A stretch of 64,000 nucleotides of DNA, from the NCBI GenBank assembly GCA_965223325.1, contig CBDCWI010000002.1, forward strand, positions 512,001 through 576,000. The letters run 5' to 3'. The notes under the pieces are model-generated. The model did no database searches. It saw only the letters and a program-made list of their open reading frames with translations, and had not been told where the DNA came from. Each line of letters begins with the position of its first letter. Positions within the stretch are counted from its first letter, which is position 1. This DNA comes from Candidatus Multivoradales bacterium (lineage in GTDB: Bacteria > Acidobacteriota > Thermoanaerobaculia > Multivoradales > Multivoraceae). A program made the position numbers and the translations under genes. This document shows, in pieces, positions 9,006 through 18,334 of this stretch.

Positions 9006-9599
9006 ATGATCAAGCTCTACTGGTGCGAAAAGACCCGCGCCTCGCGGGCCGTCTGGATGTTCGAGGAGCTCGGCAAGCCCTACGAAGTCTGCCGGGTCGA
9101 CATTCGAGACAACGCGGCAGCTCATCCACCGGGCTTCGAAGAGGCCAGTCCCATGGGTAAAGTCCCCGCCATCGTCGACGGCGAGGTGGCAATGGCTGAG
9201 TCGGCGGCGATCTGCACCTACCTGGCGGACCGCTATGCCCTGGGTCGGCTGGCACCGACACTCGACGATCCGCAGCGCGGCCTCTACCTGTATTGGATGT
9301 ACTTCACGCCAGCCGTCATCGAACCGGCGATGACCGAGAAGTTCCGTAACCTCGAGCCAGATCGGCTCTCGAACGGCTGGGGCGACTTCGATTCGATGAT
9401 CGAGGTCCTCGAAAGCCGCTTTGGCAGCGGGCCGTGGATCCTGGGGGAGAAGTTCTCCGCCGCCGACGTCATGATCGGCGGCAGCGTCCTCTTCCTACGC
9501 GCCTTCAATGCCCTGCCCTCCTCCGACGTGCTCGAAGCCTACGCCGAGCGCGCCGGAAACCGGCCTGGCTACTTGAAGGCCGGCGGGCTGGACGTCTAG
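9006..9599 (+). CDS. Glutathione S-transferase family protein
   Basis: TRASRAVWMFEELG, PMGKVPAIVDG, AESAAI, FSAADV. Confidence 0.9.
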   Translation: MIKLYWCEKTRASRAVWMFEELGKPYEVCRVDIRDNAAAHPPGFEEASPMGKVPAIVDGEVAMAESAAICTYLADRYALGRLAPTLDDPQRGLYLYWMYFTPAVIEPAMTEKFRNLEPDRLSNGWGDFDSMIEVLESRFGSGPWILGEKFSAADVMIGGSVLFLRAFNALPSSDVLEAYAERAGNRPGYLKAGGLDV

Positions 9600-9687
9600 G
9601 CAGGAGGGTCCGCACGACGTATCGAGCCGCGGAACCACTGTTTGCAAGGTCCGTTCTAATCACTGGACGACGGAGGCGACTCACGCG

Positions 9688-10107
9688 ATGGCAGATCTCA
9701 AGACCAAGCGCAACAAGGCCAGCGTGGCCGCGTTCCTCAAAGGGATCGAGGACGATCAAATGCGGCGCGACGCGCGCGAGCTCGCCAAGATGATGCGCGA
9801 GATCACTGGCGCCAAGGCAGAGATGTGGGGCCCGTCGATCGTTGGCTTTGGTCGCTACCACTACGTCTACGAGAGCGGCCGCGAGGGCGACTGGATGCTG
9901 GTCGGGTTCGCACCGCGCAAGGCGGCGCTGACCCTCTACATCATGTCCGGCTTCGGTCAGTATCAGAAGCTACTCGGCAAGCTCGGCAAGCACAGGACCG
10001 GCAAGTCTTGTCTCTACATCAAGCGGCTCGACGACGTGGACCGCGGGGTTCTCGAGCGCCTCATCCGGTCCTCGGTCGAACACCTTCGGAAGACCCACCG
10101 GGCCTAG
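9688..10107 (+). CDS. DUF1801/YdhG-like protein
   Basis: MWGPSIVGFGRYHYVYESGREG, GFAPRK, GKSCLYIK. Confidence 0.85.
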   Translation: MADLKTKRNKASVAAFLKGIEDDQMRRDARELAKMMREITGAKAEMWGPSIVGFGRYHYVYESGREGDWMLVGFAPRKAALTLYIMSGFGQYQKLLGKLGKHRTGKSCLYIKRLDDVDRGVLERLIRSSVEHLRKTHRA

Positions 10108-10243
10108 GAGGGGGAAGGTCTCGTCTGCGCTCGACGCATTGTCAAATCTATATAAGCTTGAAAGCTAGTCTTACTTGTTTTTCTGTGATATAGTTCCAGG
10201 ACCGGGGAGTCCATCCCCGCCTTCCCATCCGAGGAGAACTGCC

Positions 10244-11059
10244 ATGTCCTCAGTACTTTGGCCCACACTCCGACCGGTTGGAACCACAAGCCTTCCGGTC
10301 CTACTCGTCGTTTCGTGCCTGATGGCGCTTCTTGCAGGATCACCTGCGGCTGCCCAGGAGCCGCTCCTGGCCTCGGAACGACCACGCAGCGCTCCCCTCG
10401 ACCTGCCGCCGGAAGAAGAGCTCGTCGTACGCCTCTACGAGCAGGCCCTGCGCAGCACCGTTTCGGTCTTCGGCGAGACCGATACCCACAAGGGAAACGT
10501 CATCGAGACCGTTCGCGGCCACGGCAGCGGCGTGTTGCTCGATGAACGCCACGTCCTCACCGTCGCCCACGTGGTCGCGGGCGAAGAGCGGGTGCTGGTC
10601 AAGACCGCCAACGGTCCTGAGCTCCTGGCTCACGTCGTGCGGCTCGCCGAACATGCCGACCTCGCCCTCCTGCAACTCGAGAAGGCCATCGTCGGTGCAA
10701 CGCCCGCTGTTCTCGGCGACTCCGATCGGTTGGCCATTGGTCAGCGCGTCATCGCCATCGGCAATCCCTTTGGTCTCGAGAACTCGCTTTCCGAAGGTCG
10801 CGTGAGCGGTTTCCGACGCAGTCAAGACAACGCGGTTGCTCAGCCCGAGTACATCCAGACGGACGCTGCCATCAGTTCCGGCAACAGCGGCGGGCCGCTC
10901 TTCGATTCGTCGGGCCGGGTGATTGGCATTGCCGCCAAGTTCTGGTCGGTCTCAGGAGGCTCAGAGGGCATCGGCTTCGCCGTCGCCATCAACTCGGCGC
11001 GTGAGATCTTCGACATTTCGTCGACGACGGTCGCAGCGCTCGGCGAAGAGTCGCCCTAG
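10244..11059 (+). CDS. Secreted trypsin-like (HtrA/S1C) serine protease without PDZ domain
   Basis: Signal peptide; triad TVAHVV / DLALL / GNSGGP; AIGNPFGL; GAGGAG RBS before ATG 10244. Confidence 0.88.
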   Translation: MSSVLWPTLRPVGTTSLPVLLVVSCLMALLAGSPAAAQEPLLASERPRSAPLDLPPEEELVVRLYEQALRSTVSVFGETDTHKGNVIETVRGHGSGVLLDERHVLTVAHVVAGEERVLVKTANGPELLAHVVRLAEHADLALLQLEKAIVGATPAVLGDSDRLAIGQRVIAIGNPFGLENSLSEGRVSGFRRSQDNAVAQPEYIQTDAAISSGNSGGPLFDSSGRVIGIAAKFWSVSGGSEGIGFAVAINSAREIFDISSTTVAALGEESP

Positions 11060-11104
11060 CGACGTCCTGGCAGTAGGAGGGTTGTATGGTGACGGGCATC
11101 CGCT

Positions 11105-12400
11105 ATGCCTCGAGCCCCGAAACACCGTGCCGTCCTCCATATGCTGGCGTTGGTGGTCGCCGGCGAAGCGGTCTTCGGGCTGCCTTTCGTGGTGGCACGG
11201 GTCTGGAGGCCCACCCTGCTCGACGTCTTTGGCATCACCAACTTCGAACTCGGCGCCGCGTTCTCCACCTATGGCGTGGTGGCAATGCTTTCCTACTTCC
11301 CGGGCGGCCCACTCGCCGACCGCTTCTCGGCGCGCCGTCTGCTGGCGATCGCCCTCCTCTTGACCGCCGCCGGGGGTGTGCTCTACGCCCGCATCCCGGC
11401 TCTATCGACACTCACCCTGCTTTTTGCCTTCTGGGGTGCATCGACGATTCTGTTGTTCTGGTCGCCCCTCTTGCGCGCCACCTGGCAATGGGGCGGCGAT
11501 ACCAGCCAGGGCAGAGCCTTTGGCATTCTCGACGGCGGGCGCGGCCTCTTCGCGGCTCTCCTGGCCAGCGCAACGGTTCTGATCTTCACCTTCTTTCTGC
11601 CCGGCGACCCCACCGAAGCTTCCCTGGCCGAGCGCAGCTTCGCACTCAGCAGGGTCATCCTGGTGTTCGCCGGCATGGCAGTTGTCGCAGCGCTTCTGGT
11701 GTGGCTCTGGGTGCCGGAAGAGAATCGCACCCGACGCCCGGATGCGCAACGAACGTTCTCCTGGGCCGCCGTGCCCGCGGTGCTCCGTCAGCCGGCACTC
11801 TGGCTACAGGCAGTGATCGTCGTCTGTGCCTACGTCGGATATAAGAGCACCGACGACTTTTCGCTCTATGCCCGCGACGGCTTCGGCATGAACGACGTTC
11901 AAGCCGCAACAATCGGAACGATCTCGTTCTACCTACGGCCGGTCGCAGCCCTGGCAGCTGGTCTGCTTGGCGACCGATTCGAATCCTCGCGCGTTCTGAT
12001 GTGGTCGTTCACGCTGCTGGTCATCACCAGCGGCGGGATGGGGCTCGGCCTCTTGCCCGAAGGCGCCCCGACGTTCTTCTTTGTCGCCATTGCCGCGACC
12101 TCGACTGCGATCTACGCTCTGCGCGGCGTCTACTTCGCACTCTTTCCGGAATCCTCCGTGCCCCCGGCCTACACCGGCACGGCCATCGGCCTGGTGTCGT
12201 TCGTTGGCTACACTCCGGACATCTTCATGGGCCCCCTGATGGGGTTTCTCACCGATCGCGCTCCCGGAGCGGCCGGCCACGAAGACGTCTTCGCAGTGGT
12301 TGGCGGTTTCGCCCTGGCGGGTCTTCTAGCGGCCGCCGCGTTTCGCGCCGTCACCCGCGACCGCAGCGAGGGCACGGCCGCTCAGGTCGCATCGCCCTAG
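11105..12400 (+). CDS. MFS transporter
   Basis: About 12 hydrophobic segments; GGPLADRFSARR and GLLGDRF motif-A loops. Confidence 0.9.
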   Translation: MPRAPKHRAVLHMLALVVAGEAVFGLPFVVARVWRPTLLDVFGITNFELGAAFSTYGVVAMLSYFPGGPLADRFSARRLLAIALLLTAAGGVLYARIPALSTLTLLFAFWGASTILLFWSPLLRATWQWGGDTSQGRAFGILDGGRGLFAALLASATVLIFTFFLPGDPTEASLAERSFALSRVILVFAGMAVVAALLVWLWVPEENRTRRPDAQRTFSWAAVPAVLRQPALWLQAVIVVCAYVGYKSTDDFSLYARDGFGMNDVQAATIGTISFYLRPVAALAAGLLGDRFESSRVLMWSFTLLVITSGGMGLGLLPEGAPTFFFVAIAATSTAIYALRGVYFALFPESSVPPAYTGTAIGLVSFVGYTPDIFMGPLMGFLTDRAPGAAGHEDVFAVVGGFALAGLLAAAAFRAVTRDRSEGTAAQVASP

Positions 12401-13137
12401 CTCGACGGTTCCGACGGCGGCTCTGAGAAGAGCGCCAGCGCCTCGGCGACCTGAAGCGAGACCGCCGCCTCATGCTCTGCAACCGCTACCAGCCAGGGCG
12501 GCCGCTCTTCTGGCACAACGCACACTGCGATCGGCTTCTCGTAGGGTGAAAGAAAGGCCGCCTGGCGCGCGAACATGCGAGCGTAGCCGGGCGGTCGAAC
12601 GTCTGATGAGAGCTCGAGCAACGCAAACGGATCAACGCTTTGTACTTCGGCACGCTTCGCAGTCTCTTGATCAACCAGCACGAGGGTACCGACCGGAGCG
12701 GGCTCGGGTCCGCCGCCGGCCAGGCCGCGACCGCCAGAGAGCACGGCGCCCCGCACCAGTTCGGGCCGCGAGCCCGCCACCAAAAGCGCCAGGAAGGCGC
12801 CCAGCCCATTGCCCATGACGGTCGCCGGGCCGATGACCGCGAGCGCCGCGTCGAGGTCGGCCATCAACACTTCGGCGGAGTACCCGCCGCCGGCTCCCCG
12901 TCCCGACGCGCCGTGTCCGGACAAGTCGAGGGCGAACACATCGCCGGGCCAATCCTGGCACTCCGCCGGTAGGTCCACCGGCGAGCGCCCCCCAAGGTCA
13001 TGCACCAGAAGAAGCGGATGACCGCCCCTCGAAGGCACCCTCTCGGCGAGCTGGAAGAGGGCGAGGTCCAGGCGTCCGTGGCGCACGCGCTCTGGGTTTG
13101 CGGTCTCTCTTTTTCCTTTGCTCGAGCTGCTCGCCAT
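12397..13137 (-). CDS. Alpha/beta-hydrolase-fold protein lacking the nucleophile serine
   Basis: LLLVHDLG, ALDLSGHGAS; the nucleophile elbow reads GNGLG rather than GxSxG. Confidence 0.75.
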   Translation of the reverse strand: MASSSSKGKRETANPERVRHGRLDLALFQLAERVPSRGGHPLLLVHDLGGRSPVDLPAECQDWPGDVFALDLSGHGASGRGAGGGYSAEVLMADLDAALAVIGPATVMGNGLGAFLALLVAGSRPELVRGAVLSGGRGLAGGGPEPAPVGTLVLVDQETAKRAEVQSVDPFALLELSSDVRPPGYARMFARQAAFLSPYEKPIAVCVVPEERPPWLVAVAEHEAAVSLQVAEALALFSEPPSEPSS

Positions 13138-13201
13138 CTTGCTCTTTCTACAGTCGTCGGGGACCGTCTGCTGGTAGCGAACTATAGTTGGCCCAACGGA
13201 T

Positions 13202-15925
13202 ATGTCGGGCCATACCCTCTCGAGAGACGACTCAGTCGGTCAGTACCGCATCCGCGAACGGATCGGCGCGGGCGGCATGGGCGAGGTGTTCCTGGCCACC
13301 GACCTCGGTACGGGACGCGAGGTGGCCATCAAGGCACTGCCCGACGATTGCAACGACAGTCCGGCGACCAAAGAGCGGCGCCAGGCCCGATTCAGACGGG
13401 AAGCCCGAGCCCTGGCCGCTCTCGATCACCCGGGCATCGTCACTCTCTACGAGCTCGAAGAGGCCGAAGAGCGCACCTACTTGGTCATGGAGTACGTCCG
13501 TGGGGTCACGCTCGATAGGCATCTCAGAGGGCGTTTGCCCGAGGCCGGTAGGTTCCGGGAACTCGCACTTGCGCTCTGCGATGCGATTGCCGCTGCTCAC
13601 GAGGCTGGAATCACCCATCGGGACATCAAGCCCGCAAACATCATGGTTACCCGAGACGGTCAGGTCAGGGTCCTCGACTTCGGTGTCGCCCGGTTTACCA
13701 GATCAGAGCTCGGCGACATCACCAGCGGGCTGCACTCACTCACCGTCGAAGGCGAAACACCCGGCACGCTGTCGTACATGTCGCCTGAGCAGCTGCTGGC
13801 CAAGGAGATCGGCCTGCCCTCGGACGTGTTCTCTCTCGGCGTCACCATCTATGAGATGGCGACGGGCACGCGACCGTTCGACGGCACCACTGGCCCCGAG
13901 ATCACGTCGGCGATCCTGCGTGATGAGCCGAGGCCCCTCCAGTCTCTGCGCCCCGACCTCGGCAGTTGCATCTCGGACATCATCGACCGCTGCCTGATGA
14001 AGGACCCCGGGAACCGCTTCCAGAACGCCGGCGACCTGCGAGCGGCGCTCTCTAAGGCACCGGTCGTAGCAGCTCCCTTGGAACCTCTCGTAGAGGCTTC
14101 GAATCGAGCGGGCAATCGAGGCGAGGTTGCCAGAAGGCGCGCCGGCACCGTTACCCTGGTCGCAGTCGGAGCCGTCGCACTGGTCGTGCTGGCCCTCGTG
14201 GGAGCTCGGGGAAGCGACCAGCGCGGCACGACCGGCAGCGAAACGGCTGCGGGGCTCCTTGAGCTTGGTGCAAACGTTGCACCAGGGCGCCTCTCCCACC
14301 TCGAGGGGTCAGTGCGCGGACCTCGTTTCGCTCCCGACGGTTCCTTCGTCGTCTACGAGAACATCGCCTCTCGCGAGACCTACCATGACCAGTCGGCATT
14401 GATCCTTCGCTCCCTCGATCAGGACGAGGTCACCGAGCTCGCCTCCGCTGCGGGCGGAGTCCACGCCACCCCGGCTGTGTCTCCCGACGGCCAGACCATC
14501 GCCTACACCTCGTTCAGTCGCAACAGTCCAGAGCATCTCCTCTATGCAATCGACATCAGAAGCCGCGAGAAGCGACAGTTGACCACCACGCCGGCCAGCT
14601 TTCCAGACTGGTCGCCGAGCGGCGACCACATCGTCTTCTCAACCGGCTTCTACGATCCGCCGTTCCACCGACGGGCGGGCTCGAGGCTCGCCATCCTCAA
14701 CCTGGCGACAACCAGGGTGACCCACCTCGACACCCTGGGGAAAGGCGCCGACGAACCCGCCTGGTCTCCCGACGGTCGGTGGATCGCCTTCTCCCGGACG
14801 ACGGAGCGCGGCTTCGACATCAGCGTCATCGAAGCGGACGGCGACCGCCAGCACAGACTTACCGAGCTGCCCGGCCGCCAGTCCTCGCCCGCCTGGGCCT
14901 GTGACGGCCGCTGCCTCTTCTTTCTGCACGACGAGAACACCTTCCGCTACAGCCTCTGGTCGCTCGCCTTCGATGGGTCAACCGGACGGGCGGCGAGTGA
15001 ACCCGTCAAGGTGCAAACGTCGGTCCCGATGGCGGCGGACTTTGCGATTCGAGACCTCTCGTCCCCGTCATCGCTTCGCTTCGAGCTCATGCTCACCGAC
15101 CGCGAAGAGCGCGCCGCGATGATTGCCCACCGGCTCGGGACCAACCTCGAGGTCGTCGCCACCGACGACCTGGCCCCGGGGGTGCGCATGAGCGCAGGCG
15201 CCTCGTTCAGCCCCACCGGCGCCCTCGCCTACACGGTCGGGGAGTCTCCGGCGGTGCGCCTCTATCTCCGTGGTCCGGAAGATGCCGAACCAGTGGCGCT
15301 CACTACCGGTGAGCTCGAAGCCACCAGGCCTCTCTGGACCGCAAAGAGCGACCGCATCTACTTCCAGGCGCGGCCGATCGACGAAAACGGCGTTCGTCCC
15401 GGGCGCGAAACCTGGTACGTGGAGTTGGTGGATCGATCGCTTCATGTCGTCGCGGGCAGCGCTGGGATGATTGGAGTCTCGATATCGCCCGATGAGCGTT
15501 GGCTGGCCGGGTTGATCGAGCGCGACGAGCCGGGAACCTTCGTCCTCCTCGATCTCAAAGAGCCGGAGAGCTCTCGCAGTCCCCAACGTTTCGAACCGGC
15601 AAACCCGGGCGGGCTCGCCTTCTGGTCCCCGGACAGCCGCCGCTTCCTGGTTCTCGTTGACGGTGAGTGGATGGTCTGTCGCCCAACGTCCGATTGCCAA
15701 CCTGGCGGGTTCGAAGGCGTCCCACAGTGGCACGACTCTTCGCGGGTCCTGGTGCAGCGGCCGGGAGAGCGCATGATCACCAACGTCGACACCGGACAGA
15801 TCGAGCGGTCCTTCGAGGTCAAAGACCGCCTCGTCGGACGCTACTTCCCGGTGCCCGGGGTGTTGCTCGAACACCGTTGGTTCACCGATTCGTCGCTCTG
15901 GCGCACAGAGCTCTCACCGCGCTAA
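13202..15925 (+). CDS. Membrane Ser/Thr protein kinase with C-terminal TolB/PD40-like beta-propeller
   Basis: GAGGMG, VAIK, HRDIKPAN, DFG, GTLSYMSPE; TM segment; repeated P.WSPDG motifs. Confidence 0.92.
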   Translation: MSGHTLSRDDSVGQYRIRERIGAGGMGEVFLATDLGTGREVAIKALPDDCNDSPATKERRQARFRREARALAALDHPGIVTLYELEEAEERTYLVMEYVRGVTLDRHLRGRLPEAGRFRELALALCDAIAAAHEAGITHRDIKPANIMVTRDGQVRVLDFGVARFTRSELGDITSGLHSLTVEGETPGTLSYMSPEQLLAKEIGLPSDVFSLGVTIYEMATGTRPFDGTTGPEITSAILRDEPRPLQSLRPDLGSCISDIIDRCLMKDPGNRFQNAGDLRAALSKAPVVAAPLEPLVEASNRAGNRGEVARRRAGTVTLVAVGAVALVVLALVGARGSDQRGTTGSETAAGLLELGANVAPGRLSHLEGSVRGPRFAPDGSFVVYENIASRETYHDQSALILRSLDQDEVTELASAAGGVHATPAVSPDGQTIAYTSFSRNSPEHLLYAIDIRSREKRQLTTTPASFPDWSPSGDHIVFSTGFYDPPFHRRAGSRLAILNLATTRVTHLDTLGKGADEPAWSPDGRWIAFSRTTERGFDISVIEADGDRQHRLTELPGRQSSPAWACDGRCLFFLHDENTFRYSLWSLAFDGSTGRAASEPVKVQTSVPMAADFAIRDLSSPSSLRFELMLTDREERAAMIAHRLGTNLEVVATDDLAPGVRMSAGASFSPTGALAYTVGESPAVRLYLRGPEDAEPVALTTGELEATRPLWTAKSDRIYFQARPIDENGVRPGRETWYVELVDRSLHVVAGSAGMIGVSISPDERWLAGLIERDEPGTFVLLDLKEPESSRSPQRFEPANPGGLAFWSPDSRRFLVLVDGEWMVCRPTSDCQPGGFEGVPQWHDSSRVLVQRPGERMITNVDTGQIERSFEVKDRLVGRYFPVPGVLLEHRWFTDSSLWRTELSPR

Positions 15926-16115
15926 CGCCCTGGCGCTCCGGCGCTCCGCCGTCATGTGTTCCACGCGCCCAGGCGAGGCCTCCGGCGTCTACGCCGCTGC
16001 CGTGCACCCGGAGGCGAAACGAGCAACCCCACCCAGAGAAACGAGCTCTCGAGGTCCGAGAGTCTCTGAATCTCCAGCAGAACGACGGCTGCTTCGGCCA
16101 GGCACACCGATCCCC

Positions 16116-17561
16116 TCACATGCCAAGCCGCAACATTCGCTTGCGAAGCCCTTCGCGGGTGATCCCGAGGGTGCGCGCAGCCTGGCTCTTGTTGCCACCC
16201 GACATGAGAAGGTGGGCCTCGACCAGTTGACGTTCGACCTCCTCGGGATCGGGAAGCGCTGCTCGTGGGTCGCCCCTTTGCACTTCCTCGGAAAGGTGAA
16301 CCACGTCGAGCGCCTCCTCCGGCGCCGCGACGGCCAGCATGCGCGCCACTTCGTTCTCGAGCTGACGCACGTTGCCGGGCCAGGCGAAGGTCACCAGGCG
16401 CTCTTCGAGCGCCCGAGTCAGGCGCCGGTGGCCAGCCCCCCCACCAACCAGAAAGAAGCGCACGAGCGGCAAGACATCGACGCGGCGATCCGACAATGGA
16501 GGCACTCGGCTCTTGACGGCGTTCAAGCGAAAGTACAGATCTTCGCGAAAGCGCCCCGCCTCGACCTCGGCCACCAGGTCGCGGTTGGTCGCGGTGACGA
16601 ACCGCACATCGAGGGCAACCGTCGCGTCCGAACCGACCGGCCGTACCTCACCTTCCTGGAGCACACGCAGGAGTTTCGGCTGCAGGCTGAGCGGCAGTTC
16701 CCCGACTTCGTCGAGGAAGAGGGTACCGGCATCGGCTGTCATCAGGATGCCGGCGCGGCCCCTGGAGGCGCCGGTATAGGCACCGCGCCGGTGGCCGAAG
16801 AGTTCGGCCTCGAAGAGGCCTTCTGACAGCTCGCCGCAGTTCAGGGCCACGAACGGCCCCGAGGCGCGAGCGCTCGCTGCATGCAGGGAGCGCGCGACCA
16901 ACTCCTTGCCCGCGCCCGTCGGGCCCTCGATCAGCACCGGTAGATCGGTCACGGCGACCCGTGCCAGAACTTCGAGGTCGCGTCGCCAGGCTGGATCGCG
17001 GGTTGGTTCCCCCGACCATGGAAGAGACGGTAACGGTGCACTGTGTGCCTGGTCGATCTGCGACGACAAGAGCCCGTCGGCGAGCTCAACGATCTGCTCG
17101 AAGACTGCCAGGTCATCGTCGTCGAACGGCTCCGTCTTGCCCGAACGCTCAACGTAGAGGGCACCGTGGCTGCCAGCACTGGTGCGCAGCGGTGCCACGA
17201 GTACGGAACGAATGCCGAGTGACAGAACGCTCGGAGCTTCTTGGAAACGCTCATCGACCGCCGCATCCCGAACCAGCATCGTGTCACCACGTTCGAGCGC
17301 TGCCTCGACGATGGTCGTCGACAGCCTGCCGCGGCGGCTCTCGAGATCGTCAGGCTGCCAGTTACGCAGGACGCGATAGCTCAGATCCGAGCCCTCGCGA
17401 ACCGCGAGCAGCGCGTTGTCACCCATCAGGAGTTCGAGCGCCGACGTTGCGACCTGCTCGAGACTCGCATCTCCAGCCTCGGTCGCCAGGAGCCGACGCG
17501 CGAGATCGTAGAGGCCCTGAAGGCGCGACTCGACCAAGCGAGGGCCGACGAGTGAGTTCAT
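16116..17561 (-). CDS. Sigma54-dependent transcriptional activator (GAF - AAA+ - Fis HTH)
   Basis: [60 protein letters not shown]. Start placed at ATG 17561; 17567 is also possible. Confidence 0.92.
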   Translation of the reverse strand: MNSLVGPRLVESRLQGLYDLARRLLATEAGDASLEQVATSALELLMGDNALLAVREGSDLSYRVLRNWQPDDLESRRGRLSTTIVEAALERGDTMLVRDAAVDERFQEAPSVLSLGIRSVLVAPLRTSAGSHGALYVERSGKTEPFDDDDLAVFEQIVELADGLLSSQIDQAHSAPLPSLPWSGEPTRDPAWRRDLEVLARVAVTDLPVLIEGPTGAGKELVARSLHAASARASGPFVALNCGELSEGLFEAELFGHRRGAYTGASRGRAGILMTADAGTLFLDEVGELPLSLQPKLLRVLQEGEVRPVGSDATVALDVRFVTATNRDLVAEVEAGRFREDLYFRLNAVKSRVPPLSDRRVDVLPLVRFFLVGGGAGHRRLTRALEERLVTFAWPGNVRQLENEVARMLAVAAPEEALDVVHLSEEVQRGDPRAALPDPEEVERQLVEAHLLMSGGNKSQAARTLGITREGLRKRMLRLGM

Positions 17562-17629
17562 GACCATGAGTGTAGCTCGCCAAGAAGTCCTGCCACCTGC
17601 CAACCCGCCGGCATGACTGACGGAAAAAG

Positions 17630-17647
17630 CGCCAACTCGAGTTGGCG
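17630..17647. promoter_or_regulatory. Perfect 18-bp palindrome, candidate upstream activator (enhancer) site
   Basis: CGCCAACTCGAGTTGGCG, about 65 bp upstream of the -24 element; a related half-site TGCCAAC lies at 17598. Confidence 0.65.
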
Positions 17648-17710
17648 GTGTGGGCAGAAGCTCACGGGTTACTGAGAGTCTTCGCTCGTTCTCCAGGACG
17701 TTTTCGAACC

Positions 17711-17726
17711 TGGCACGGTGCCTGCT
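17711..17726 (+). promoter_or_regulatory. Sigma54 -24/-12 promoter
   Basis: TGGCACGGTGCCTGCT matches TGGCAC-N5-TTGCW with one mismatch; divergent from the activator gene. Confidence 0.85.
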
Positions 17727-17811
17727 CTAGCTCCTGACTGTCCCTCGACAACCTTCCCCTCGACAACATTCCCCTGGACCACACTTCAGGGCGAAAAGGA
17801 GTTTCACCAAC

Positions 17812-18279
17812 GTGACCAGCAACAAGAACAGCAGGATCCTCCTCGCACCTCTCGTCGCCGTCTTCGTGCTACTTCTCGCAGGCGGCCCCTCGAGCGCTCA
17901 AGAACCACCGGGCACCGAAGATATCCCCGGGCCGCTCTTGATCAACTTCGAGAAAAGCGCCATCGACCAGGGTGTCTGGAAAGGGCATGTGGCGGGAAAC
18001 CAGTACGCCAATCTGCGCTCCTACCTGATCGAGCTCGAGACGCTCGAGAAAATCTGGTTGGTCAAGTTCGACTGGGTCATCCGCGACTGGCAGAGCCCAG
18101 CGCTTTCGTTCACCGCTCGCATGGCCGGAATCCTCAACACAGAGACCGGGCGCGTCTTCATGCGCGGTGAGGTGATCGAGGGTTACAGGAAGGGCGCAGA
18201 GGTCAAAGAGGAGGGTTGGTTGATCGACGCCGACACCCTCACCTTCAAGGGCAAGATCGAGGTCTCTCCCCTTCCGTGA
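17812..18279 (+). CDS. Secreted hypothetical protein, beta-strand rich
   Basis: AAGGAG RBS, Sec signal peptide ending SSA-Q, alternating hydrophobic strands. Confidence 0.8.
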   Translation: MTSNKNSRILLAPLVAVFVLLLAGGPSSAQEPPGTEDIPGPLLINFEKSAIDQGVWKGHVAGNQYANLRSYLIELETLEKIWLVKFDWVIRDWQSPALSFTARMAGILNTETGRVFMRGEVIEGYRKGAEVKEEGWLIDADTLTFKGKIEVSPLP

Positions 18280-18334
18280 GGGCGCAGTCGCCAGGGCACC
18301 GCAGCCGGAACGCTCTGGCCGAGGCCTGAGCCTT

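Noticed and set aside
15954-16826. 290-aa plus-strand ORF
   Set aside because: Antisense to the conserved sigma54 AAA+ domain.
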